Source: Azolla caroliniana (lineage: Eukaryota; Plantae; Polypodiophyta). Taken from it: a stretch of DNA of 12,431 nucleotides. The stretch lies in NCBI GenBank assembly GCA_043228905.1, contig JBHGNT010001067.1:1-12431 (forward strand), given 5' to 3'. Under the pieces are notes generated by a model. It saw only the letters and a list, made by a program, of their open reading frames with translations. It searched no databases and had not been told where the DNA came from. Below, one piece after another: positions 1-9,233 of the stretch. How positions within the stretch are numbered: position 1 is the first letter of the stretch; each line of letters opens with the position of its first letter. Made by a program: the position numbers and the translations under genes.

Positions 1-244
1 CGGAATTGAATCGGAAGAGTTCGGTTCAATCAGAATGTTCGATTCAGACATCATGAATCAATTGAGGGCCAAGCGGAGAAAAGGGTAGCAGAAGAGGCGC
101 CAACACCGCGACAACGAAGGAGCTGAGAAGGGTCCAACGAGTAGACAAGGCGACCGAAAGGGTCGAGGAGCGCGAGTAAGGCATGAAGCTAGAAGAGGCC
201 GCAATGAAGATCCGGAAGAGTAGGTGGAACCTCAAGTTGAGCTT

Positions 245-253
245 GAGGGGGAG
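245..253 (+). other. Polypurine tract (plus-strand primer) of C0
   Basis: GAGGGGGAG abuts the TG LTR start, a canonical copia PPT. Confidence 0.85.
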
Positions 254-505
254 TGTTGAGAGACAAGCTCAACATTTGGTGTGTAATTGGGTGTGTAAAA
301 CAGTTATGCACAACATGGCCGTAACGGTGCAGACACCGAGAGGTCGTAAGATATTCCTCGTAAGGAATAGTTTTGGGAGTAAGTGTAGTAGGCTCATTTA
401 TGAGCAGTCAAGTACTGTTAGTACTTGTGTCAGCCCGATTTAAGGGCGTGTATAAGAAGTGCTCACTAAGCGTTATTATTTTTTGAAATAGAATTGAGTT
501 GTCTG

Positions 506-542
<37 letters not shown>

Positions 543-640
543 CTTGTCCATCTTTGCGTTTTCTGTGTTTCACCGAACTGTCGTTTCTTGAACTATGTAT
601 CTGTGTTTCGCATACACTTTTGCACACATATTCTTTTACA
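254..640 (+). repeat. Long terminal repeat (about 387 bp, TG...CA) of C0
   Basis: Starts TGTTGAG after the PPT. TATA-like GTGTATAAGAAG at about 448-459, followed by a CT/GT-rich R/U5-like region. Ends TTTTACA. Confidence 0.75.
506..533. repeat. (CT)14 microsatellite inside the C0 LTR
   Basis: Read directly from the sequence. Confidence 0.95.
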
Positions 641-2444
641 GAAGACACTCTCGAACACTTATGAAAAGAAGGTCGGCGCAACAAAGATATACCTGATCCG
701 AAGCCTCTACGACCTTCGGATGAAAGAATCTGACTTGGTCCAAGCACACCTAAATGAGTACGAATGCTTAAGCTCCCAAATTTCGGCTCAAGGGATGACA
801 ATTGAAGAAGATTTAAAAGCAATCAGAAACTTTGGTCAAAACTATGTGCAATGCATCAGCATTGCAATAAAGTACTATGTACTCACAGGCTGAATCTTGA
901 TTGAAGCAACTTGGAGGAAATTGTTTGCAAACGATTTGGCTAGTGACATCTATGCAGGACAAAGTTAAGCTAACCGACTGAACAGTCGAGGGAGAAGTTC
1001 TTCCCGATCGTTGACAGATTTGCGAAGCCAAAGCAAGCCCCAGGATAATTGAACCTGCAACTATTGCAAGGAACCCGAACATATCAAGGCTGATTGCCCC
1101 GCCCTCAAAGCCAAGAATGATAAAGCTCAACTAGATGACTAGAAGGGTGGCCGGCATGAGGAGGTCAACTACATCGGCTCTTCAGCTGAAGTACTGAGGG
1201 ATGACCCAAACACTTTGTTCATAGAACACTCAGTCGTATTTGATGTTCTGCTTACGACTGAGGAATGGAGCACACTATGACACATGGTGGCTCCACACTA
1301 GTACTACATCATGTCCAACACATACTTGAGCTCTCAAGACTGCTGATCTCGGTCGGACAACTTGATGAAGACGACATCCATGTTGGCTTCTCATCAAGAG
1401 GGTGGACACTCCATAGGGGGAATCTCCTACTTGCTCGAGGTTCGAAAGTACATTCTCTATACCCACTATATGTCACACTTAGAGAGGGTGACTTGTTTAT
1501 GGTTGATATTCCCGCGTCATCGTTATGGCACGACAGACTCAGACACCTTAGCAAGGCCGGCATCACACATTTATCTAGAGCTAGATACATCCCCAAACTC
1601 TCCGTTACGATAATCAGTTTTGTGAGCATTGCTGGTATGGAAAACAGACAGCCGCGTTACACCCCATGGCAACACCAAGAGAATCGAGTCAACTCAATTT
1701 GGTCCAGTCAGACATGTGTGGCCCAATGCCACTTCAGTCTCTTGGTGGAGTCTCCTACTTCATCAACGATTCAACTCGAAAGGTGTGGGCATACCTTGTC
1801 TGAACCAAAGATCGGGTGTTCTCGATCTTTTCTGAATGGCTCGCCATGGTAGAGAACCAGTTTGGCCAAAAGCTGAAATGCCTTCAGATCAACAACTGAA
1901 AGGCCTATTGAAGTCCAAAGGGTAACTTTTTCAGAAGTGTCGAGCCTTCATGATAGCCTACCCCAAAACATGAGATCGGCTTCACGAGTAGCCGAATCCT
2001 CTAGCACCTAATAGACTCCAAACGATATGGCACAACCGAACGTTTTGGCTCTAGAACATCCAACCCAAACACTCGATCAGGCTAGCCCAGTCATACCAAG
2101 GAGATTCAAAAGACTATCGCAACCTCTAGAGAGGTACTCTGTTGGTATATTCTTCACAAACACGGGCGAACCGACGTCATACAAAGAAGCATCGACATCC
2201 CCCGATTCGGCCACATGGGCTCTTGGGATGGAGTCAGAGATGAACTCCATTCGACAAAATAAGACTTGGGACCACGTCAAACTTCCGAAAAAATGACGTG
2301 ATCTTCCGAAAGAGACGTCTTATTCGGCCAACCCAAAATTCAAGGCTAGATTAGTAGCAAAAGGGTTCCAACAAGAATATGGCGTTGATTTCGACGAAAT
2401 CTTTTCACTAGTGGTGAAAATGACCACCCTTCTCTAGCACGATA
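641..2444 (+). pseudogene. Degenerate, internally deleted Ty1/copia gag-pol (element C1): UBN2-type gag, zinc knuckle, partial protease, GAG-pre-integrase, partial integrase, RT N-terminus
   Basis: gag: LSNTYEKK..ATKIYLIRSLYDLRMKESD.VQAHLNEY (641-820). Zinc knuckle: CNYCKEPEHIKADC (1056-1097). Protease C-terminus: LISVGQLD. GAG-pre-integrase: LWHDRLRHLS and FCEHC. Integrase N-half: VQSDMCGPM..INDSTRKVW..VENQFGQKLKCL. RT start: EPTSYKEA..EMNSIRQNKTW and [29 protein letters not shown]. Integrase precedes RT, which is copia order. Many stops, frameshifts and deletions. Confidence 0.93.
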
Positions 2445-2724
2445 TGTGTGGAAGATGTGTGAGGACCTGTGTGTTAAAAGTGCACCGTCAACAACATGCA
2501 CAACTATGTAGCAAGAGGAGTAAGCAGACAAGAAGATAAGCTTCAATGGTGATTCTCATTATTCTCTGTTATTCTCTCGCTCTCTCTGAGAGTCAAGATA
2601 CAAGAATAATCAGTTGCACGTATCACAACATTAGGTTAGAGCTTATATACTCAAATCCTAACTATTGGACGTGCTCACACTAGTGAGGACACAAAGTAGA
2701 AGGAGTTTGCCTTTTATGCTAACA
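2445..2724 (-). repeat. 3' LTR of C2 (about 270-280 bp)
   Basis: The minus strand starts TGTTAGC just after GGGGGAGTT. TATA box GAGTATATAAGC at about 2641-2652. It ends ...CACACA where C1 RT homology stops. Confidence 0.7.
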
Positions 2725-2733
2725 AACTCCCCC
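2725..2733 (-). other. Polypurine tract of C2
   Basis: Minus-strand GGGGGAG(TT) immediately precedes TGTTAG. Confidence 0.8.
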
Positions 2734-2865
2734 GTAAAAGAACTACTCTTTCCTACGTGTACAAGTAATTGGGGTTATCTGCCCCATAAACTTAGATTAC
2801 AAAATTGATCTAAATAGTACAAGTCAGTTGGCGTACAAACGAGTCGACAGAGGTAGAATAAGTAT

Positions 2866-3087
2866 CTAGCCTAGTCGTTCGGATTGGTTTGTTTGAAACG
2901 ATTGGATCATCTTACCTTCTACTCCTTGCTTGGCTCTCTTTGTCTTGATTGCTTGTCTTAGTCCCATCTTCATCCTCAGTGCTCCGAAGCGTTGATCTGG
3001 GAGTGGCTTGGTCAAGCAATCAACGATGTTCAACTCGGTATCGATCTTCTGGACTTCGAGCTTCTTCTCGGTTACTAGCTCCCAGAT
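2866..3087 (-). pseudogene. C-terminal end of the copia RNase H domain of C2 (absent from the ORF track)
   Basis: Manual translation of 3087-2959 gives IWELVTEKKLEVQKIDTELNIVDCLTKPLPDQRFGALRMKMGL, matching the copia 'IRELV...N.AD.LTKPL' motif. The frame closes at TAG 2868-2866. Confidence 0.9.
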
Positions 3088-3980
3088 ACTCTTCCTCTCT
3101 ATGTGTTGCTCATTGTTTCATGTTCTTTTATGTTTTGTCTAATAATTTGATTTGGTATTTTGTTTAAACATTTGTTTAAGTATTTGCTTAAATATTTTGC
3201 CAAGCATTTGTCTAAATAACTTTTTCATATTGTTTAAACCTTTGCTTAAACATTTGTCCAAATTTTTTTCTCATTCATTTAAGTACTTGTCTAAATAATT
3301 TTGTCATATTTTTAAAGTAATTATCTTAGTAATTGTTTCACATTTTCTCTTAAGAACTTGTTTAAGTATTCATCGTAATCCTCTTCCTTTTTGTTTTAAC
3401 TAATTATTTAAGTAATCTTTTGCTTAAATATTATTTTAAACCTTTAAATATTATCTATTCTAGTACATTTTTAACTAGTTGTCTTAAGTACCCTCCTTCC
3501 TTAAAACTTATCCCTAATCCGTTTAAGTTCGTCTACTCAAACACTCTCCCCTTGATCCCGATCTCAAACCGTCTTCTCCCTACCTCCTAATCCTTAATAT
3601 TAATTTAAATGTTTTGTTTGTTTTAAATAAATCTCCCTCACAAAGGGAAGATCTAAATCTTTTTTTTGGTTTAATAAACATTCCCCCTCTCTCTTTCATC
3701 TTTATCTTTAATCCTAAATCACTCATTCGATTCTCTCATCTTAGGTTCTTTCAAAATTTTGTTTGTTAATGGAATTTGTCTCTCAACTTTTCGCTTGTTT
3801 TTTCTTAAGTTTAAACATACCCCAATCTCACCGCTAAACATATCCTTATCCCTTCCTTTCCCCCTCACATACCCCCCTTCCCCTACCATAAACTTAGGTT
3901 TAGACACGTGAAAAACGTCTAAACTTCAGTCCACCACAAACAAACCCCTGATGAAGTGCCGCACACTTTAAGCCATCACA
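3088..3980. mobile_element. Unidentified AT-rich insertion (probably a truncated LTR or other TE fragment) splitting the C2 RNase H
   Basis: It lies between ...KHIEVR(F), ending about 3981, and IWELV... starting at 3087, which are nearly contiguous in copia RNase H. The right end reads TGTGATGG on the minus strand. No matching terminus or TSD at the left end. Confidence 0.55.
3159..3370. repeat. Degenerate 12-bp tandem repeat, consensus approximately TTTGYYTAARYA
   Basis: TTTGTTTAAACA|TTTGTTTAAGTA|TTTGCTTAAATA|TTTTGCCAAGCA|TTTGTCTAAATA at 3159-3218, with further interrupted units to about 3370. Confidence 0.75.
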
Positions 3981-4544
3981 AAACCCGCACCTCAATGTGT
4001 TTCATCTTCTCATGATAGACTGGATCTCGATGAGGTGTATTGCGCTCTGTGAGTCGCAATAGATGGTTGGCCAACTCGATTCAGCTCATCGCCGAGAAGT
4101 TGGTAGTCAGTCAGTGTAGCCAGATCACATCCTTAGCTGCGTCGTGTAGCCTTCGACGTAGGTTGATTTTGACGATCCGAAAGTCAGGTGTGCATCTTCG
4201 GTCCCTCTTAGGTACCTAAAGATGTGCTTGATGTCCTCCCAATGCTTCCGTCCCAGGTTTGACATGTAGTGGCGGACGACTCCTACGACATAGCCAAGGT
4301 CGGGTCGGGTCGGGTCGCCACCGTTGCGTACATGATACTTCCTATGACCAATGCATAGGGTATCTTTCCATTAACCTCTTTCTCCTTATCTGTCAAAGGA
4401 GAGTCTCTGTCTGAAAGTCGGATCAATGTGGGAAGCGATGTTGGTGTTGGCTTCGCGTTCTCCATGCTAAAGCGCTTCAACACTTTGCAGAGGTAGTCGG
4501 ACTGGGAGAGTAGAAGAGTCTTTGTCGTCTGATTTCGCTTGATC
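3981..4544 (-). pseudogene. Copia RT C-terminal part and RNase H N-part of C2
   Basis: LLLSQSDYLCKVLKRFSMENAKP, IPYALVIGSIMYATVATRPD, DLGYVVGVVRHYMSNLGRKHWEDIKHIFRYLRGT, VEGYT/[deletion]/AAKDVIWL, IYCDSQSAIHL, VYHEKMKHIEVR. Frameshifts and a deletion are present. Confidence 0.93.
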
Positions 4545-4950
4545 TGTTGGGAATATGTCCCTCAAGTGGGAGGAGCCGACTGTTTGGGCCTAGAAGAGTT
4601 GATAGTTGAAGATAAGGAGGAGCCGATTGTTTGGGTTGTGTGCCAAGAGTCGAAGAGTCAACAATAGAGAGTTGGTTTATGAATTGTCAATTATTATTAT
4701 TATAACTATAGATAATAATAATAGTGATGTGTAGTTGGGGCTACATTTGTAAATTATAGCCCATATGATGTATCCACCTATCCAGGATATAACATTCATA
4801 CTCAAGGGTAGTAATTGAAAGAGATCAAAGATTCGAGCTATAAGAAAAATCCCCGGCATGTGTAGAAGAGTATCATGAGGTACAAAACAATTGTAGCCTC
4901 TATTAATGAGTGCGATAGCGTGAGGTTGCAGAAAGAGAGCAAGAGAGAGA
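4545..4950 (+). mobile_element. 5' part of an LTR (element C3) inserted in the C2 RT and interrupted by the LINEs
   Basis: Begins TGTTGGG exactly where C2 RT homology breaks. Contains a 20-bp internal direct repeat (4569-4588 and 4616-4635) and TATA-like GCCTCTATTAATGAG at about 4896-4910, followed by a GA-rich tract. The other end is not in the window. Confidence 0.6.
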
Positions 4951-4974
4951 AGATAGATAGACAGATAGATAGAT
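4951..4974 (-). repeat. (ATCT)6 microsatellite 3' tail of LINE copy A, with one variant unit
   Basis: Plus-strand AGATAGATAGACAGATAGATAGAT is adjacent to the 3' UTR shared with copy B. Confidence 0.85.
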
Positions 4975-5017
4975 TATATTATCGTCTTCAGAGGTCAAAT
5001 ACCAAAAATATTACATT

Positions 5018-8000
5018 TCACATGATACGTGTGAAAGTGAGTAGCGACTCTTGATGTTCAAGAACTTTACCAATGAATGTTGCAATTGAGAGTGCACATC
5101 GAGGTTGTGAGAGAAATTCGTGCAAGGATTGGGCGTGGTCAAAGAGATGTGGAAAGCATAGTCGAATGATCAAAGGTAGAGCATTGTCTCAAAGTGTGAT
5201 ACTTAGACTCTCGAACTTGTTTAGGGCAAAGTGTGCATAGCCGGCCACTCTCATCACTTGTGCCCCAATGCCCCGTCTCACATCACAATGCATGCGAGCT
5301 AAGTTGCATGGAAGCAATGGTTCGAATGGTAGATATCGGGATGGGCTCTAACATGTATCAATGTGTATGGCTTCCCCGTTCCGCGAAGAATATGGTTTTG
5401 TAGTTAGGTGCAACATTTGTAGTATAATGTGTGAAGCGTGAGCCTCCACATTTTTCCGACATCATGATACATTGGCGTTGCAAAAAGGCATCATTTTGAG
5501 AGGAATCTAGTGCTGCATCATGAAGCAAGCGTCTTGCATCCCATCTACCAAACCATTTTTCTAAATCTTGAATCCAATCGGAACACAAAATTTTGCTTTT
5601 ATATGTCTTTTGGATCTTTTTGCTTGCTTCCCATGCAATTCTAGGAAGTTAATGTGAGGGGCTTTTTTGAACCTTATGCATGTATTCAACAACCCTTTCT
5701 ATGGCCATGATCTCAATGGGAAGCGATCCCGTCTCAAGGAGGAGGAGGGTGTAGGGCGTTTGTTTCTTAACTTGTAGAAACTTTGTAAGAAAATGTTTTT
5801 GGACATTTTCAAACTCTTTCCACGTAGATTTAGGGATGCTACCGCCCCATACTTCCACCCCATAGAGAAGAACCGGTGTCACCAAAGTGTCGAAAAGATA
5901 TTTCTTGAGGACCCAACACTTAATATCTCCAAGATTGCATGTGTTCTCAAATGCATAATATGCTCGCTTACCTGCCTCTAAGCGACGTGTAGCACATTCA
6001 TTCCATCTTTGATTTGAAGGAACTTCGAGGCCAAGTTATTTGAAGCTTTCCACACATTCAAGTGGCTCATTTTTGTACATAATGCATGGTTATCTCTTTT
6101 TTGGCTCTCTACAAGCATAATCTTTGTTTTTGAGCTATCAACACTTAATTTAGTATGCATGCAATTTTTGTCCAATGCCTTCATAAGCTTTTGTGCATCT
6201 CCTAAAGTATTTTTAAAAAGGACTACATCATCCGCATATAACAAAAGCATAATCACAAAATTTCCCAATGGCAACTTCTTCAACACATTCTTCCTTTACA
6301 ACCTTGGTAACCATTTCTTCTAATTCATCAATGCATAGATCAAATAATGTTGGTGAGAGTGGGCATCCTTGCTTAACACCAATAGTTCTATTGAAAAAAT
6401 CTTCTCTATCTCTCATACGCAAACAACATATCACCTTCTCATATATTGGGGAAATTGCAAGCATATATTCAGTTGGCACCTCAAGTTCTTCCATTCACCT
6501 CCAAAGATGCTCACGAGGTACCATATCAAAAGCTTTCTTGAAGTCTACAATGCAACAATATAAACCCTTACCTCTAAGGTGACTTTCCTCCATTAATACT
6601 CGAAGGGTGACAAGATGATAAATGGTGCTCTGGTGTTTTCAAAAGCCAGCTTGTCCATAAGCTCTCTTACCATTTTGTTTTGCCCATACACTTATCTTTG
6701 ATTCCATTATACATTCAAATAGTTTTGCCATTAATGAGCCAACCATGATGGTTCGATAGTTGTTTACATTATTTACACCTCCACCTTTATGTAAAGGCTT
6801 GATCCAATTTGTAGTCCAATCATATGGCATACCATGTTGCAATGCATCATTAAACATATCGAATATCAATACATGTGTTTCCTTTCCCGTCAATTTGAGC
6901 ATTTCAGCCTTTATACATTGACGATCGCTTGCCTTTCGAGAGGCCAATTTCTTACGTCCTATCCATATATCTTCAATTGTAAAGAAGGGAGACATATGTG
7001 AAAGAGAACCATAACACATCATCTTTCTGGCAAGAGATAACTCATATAAATTCTTACAATGCATAGACAAGTCATGAAGAGTTAAGTCACCATAACTCTC
7101 AACACATTTCCCCTTTAGATTTCCCAAAAATTTAGCACATGCATGCGCGTTCTCTTGTGTTTGGAGAAGTTGTTGAGTAACTTCCCATATTCGTCTCTTT
7201 CTTTGAATAAACCTTTTATACTCATGCAAATGCTTTTGGTAATTTTCTTTATCCTTAACTACATCCAAAACCATAAGGCACTTTCGAGCTTCATGACATT
7301 CTTTATCAAACCATTTTTTCCTACATTTCTTGGTGCATTTCCATGATGTGTTGTTGGTCGAAAAACATTTGTTTGTACATGAGAGAATGACATTCTTGAA
7401 AGCTTCCCATTTGCATTCTAGTGTGGCACCATGTTGTATCTTTGTCATTTGTAACATATCCTCAACGACTTTGGAATACATGGGTGCTCACTTAAGATTC
7501 ATGCTCAAATGCGGTTATTTAGTATCTTCAATCACCTTCTCACAATCAAACCTATGCATACATTTGAGATCAATACATAAAATTCTATGATCGGATTCCA
7601 ATGTCCATTCCTCAAGTGAGAATTTATGTATACGATCCAAAATACCTTCGGAAAGTAGCACATAGTCAATCACACTATGTCCGTTGTGTTTTCTACATGC
7701 AAAGGCATTAGTATTGGGTTATAAGGAAACACCATTTGCAATAAGCAATCCGGTACTATTGCACATTTGTAGGAGTAGTTTCCCAAATTGGTTCAGATCT
7801 TTTTCATTGCTACAAGAGTGGCTATACATTTGCTTATCCTCTTGCATCCTTGAGATATGTGACATGAAAGATTCTTGTGAATCAAGCTGGAAAATTTTTG
7901 TATGAGCATTCATGTCACCAAAGACAATAATTTCCTCTTTGGATGGGAAATAAGAAATATCATCTTCTAGATTTGCAAAAGGTTGATCTTTATCCAAACA

Positions 8001-8393
8001 AGCATAAAAGTTAGAATCTTGATGAGGAATGTAACATCTAGCGACAAAAGTGGGCAAATCATTGGGTGTTTTTATTTTGAGCCATATGTAGCATTTATGT
8101 TCATCATTTTTTACGATTGACACATATTTCTCTATTTCCTTCTTAATCAAACATGCCACCCCTCCTTGTCCTCTTCTTTGTCTTGAATTTTTCTTCCATA
8201 TCAAAGAGTGTACATTATAGTTTCCTAAACCTTGAATCCTTTGAGTATCATGCTCCCATGTTTCAACAAGAAGTGTGATATCCGAGTCATGGATGAACTC
8301 CTCTATGCCGAATCTCGCATTCTATGGGTATCCATTGCAATTCCAAAAGCATAGTCGTAAAAGACGTGGTTTAGTCTGATAGGTCACGTGTCC
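5018..8393 (-). pseudogene. LINE copy A ORF2: APE endonuclease, reverse transcriptase and C-terminal CCHC-type domain, disrupted
   Basis: APE: LCFWNCNG, LLVETW, GGVA, CYIP, FGDMNAH, SVIDY, SDH. RT: KPLHKGG..NNYRTI, QAGF, VDFKKAFDMV, GVKQGCPLSPTLF, LLLYADD. C-terminus: SSHAL.CETG...CTLC...YH...C. At least ten in-frame stops or frameshifts. Native stop TGA at 5020-5018. Confidence 0.95.
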
Positions 8394-9233
8394 CTATTTG
8401 CCTACATTTCCATCTTTAAGCACATCCTTAACCTTGTTTTTCAATCTTTCTTCATATGCTTTACGACGAGCATTTTGTTGTGAGATAGTACGATCTTCAC
8501 TCACAAAGCATTGTGTACCTTTGAGGTATACCGAACTATTTTTGAGTATGATCCGCCGCTTTGTATCATTTGTCATTGTGCATACAATAGGCCTTTCTCC
8601 GGAGCGAGTAACACCATGTTTCCCAACTCGGTGTGCCCCATATACATTCACATCCGACATCCCATAATGCATGCTAAAAAATTCACCAATGGACTTTCCT
8701 AGGGAAGCGGGTGTTTCCATACTCTCCTCTCTAATCCCACGGATGACAATGTTCTTTGATCTTCGTTCATGTTCTTTCAATTCTCGGGCATCTATGCTTT
8801 TGATATTCTTCTCTTGATGCATCACATGCATATTAGATGAGTTTGATACCCCATCCCCACCACATACATCGGCCCATGATCTTGTTGTACATACATTTTT
8901 CATCTCACTTACATCCTGCCTCATTGTATCTAATTTTTCTTCTTTTAATGCTTCCTTGAACTCAATATTGTTAAGGCGCTTATTTGTTTGGAAAGAAGCT
9001 CTTTTACATTCTTGAATCTCTTCTTCAAGTTTTGCAACCACTTTCTTAAGACTTTCATTCTCAATGGCAATAATTTGGAGCTTAGCATTCTCTTTCATTA
9101 ACATCCTAATCTCTTCACCTTGCTTGTTTATAGTTTCTTGAAGAGAAATGAAGTGACTCATAAGCATTTTGTCCATTGTGTTTATTGCATTGGAATCAAC
9201 ATTTGTTGGTGATTTCGGCTCATTATCAATCAT
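8394..9233 (-). CDS. LINE ORF1 protein (279 aa from ATG 9233): coiled coil plus L1-ORF1p/Transposase_22-like RRM and C-terminal domain
   Basis: Heptad-rich EEIRMLMKENAKLQIIAIENESLKKVVAKLEEEIQE, then ERRSKNIVIRGIRE, HRVGK, RPIVCTM and LKGTQCFVSEDRTISQQNARR. The frame is open throughout. The track's extension to 9344 runs through the microsatellite into copy B's 3' UTR. Confidence 0.85.
   Translation of the reverse strand: MIDNEPKSPTNVDSNAINTMDKMLMSHFISLQETINKQGEEIRMLMKENAKLQIIAIENESLKKVVAKLEEEIQECKRASFQTNKRLNNIEFKEALKEEKLDTMRQDVSEMKNVCTTRSWADVCGGDGVSNSSNMHVMHQEKNIKSIDARELKEHERRSKNIVIRGIREESMETPASLGKSIGEFFSMHYGMSDVNVYGAHRVGKHGVTRSGERPIVCTMTNDTKRRIILKNSSVYLKGTQCFVSEDRTISQQNARRKAYEERLKNKVKDVLKDGNVGK

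Larger units (their letters stand above)
1..640 (+). mobile_element. 3' end of an LTR retrotransposon (copia-like; element C0): 3' internal region, PPT and 3' LTR, inserted into the gag of element C1
   Basis: GCTTGAGGGGGAG is followed directly by TGTTGAG at 254. The segment ends ...TTTTACA at 640, where copia gag coding sequence begins abruptly. No coding domain is recognisable in 1-245. Confidence 0.75.
2445..4544 (-). mobile_element. 3' half of a second Ty1/copia element (C2): RT C-terminus, RNase H, PPT and 3' LTR, antisense and nested in the RT of C1
   Basis: Reading the minus strand gives RT/RNase H motifs at 4544-3981, the RNase H end at 3087-2959, the PPT at 2733-2725 and the LTR from 2724 to about 2445. 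The left boundary is uncertain (2445 or 2456). Confidence 0.85.

Noticed and set aside
44-822. ORFs 44-235, 183-443, 466-822 and the N-half of 534-893
   Set aside because: They cross PPT, LTR or microsatellite boundaries and show no recognisable domain. Only 641-820 is real gag.
3159-3370. CRISPR-like array
   Set aside because: The units are contiguous 12-mers without unique spacers, there are no cas genes, and the context is eukaryotic.
3674-3695. Possible additional PPT and LTR start (minus GAGAGAGGGGGAA-TGTTT)
   Set aside because: It lies in a generally purine-skewed tract, with no upstream pol remnant and no matching LTR end, so it cannot be supported.
641-4544. C1 and C2 as two halves of one element rearranged by inversion
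   Set aside because: Their domain content is complementary, but C2 meets C1 at what looks like an LTR terminus, which nested insertion explains more simply. This is not fully excluded without flanking sequence.
4677-4859. 60-aa hydrophobic ORF, and similarly 2949-3167 and 3719-3907
   Set aside because: The composition derives from (ATT)n/(AAT)n or low-complexity tracts, or the ORF spans an insertion junction. There is no evidence of coding.
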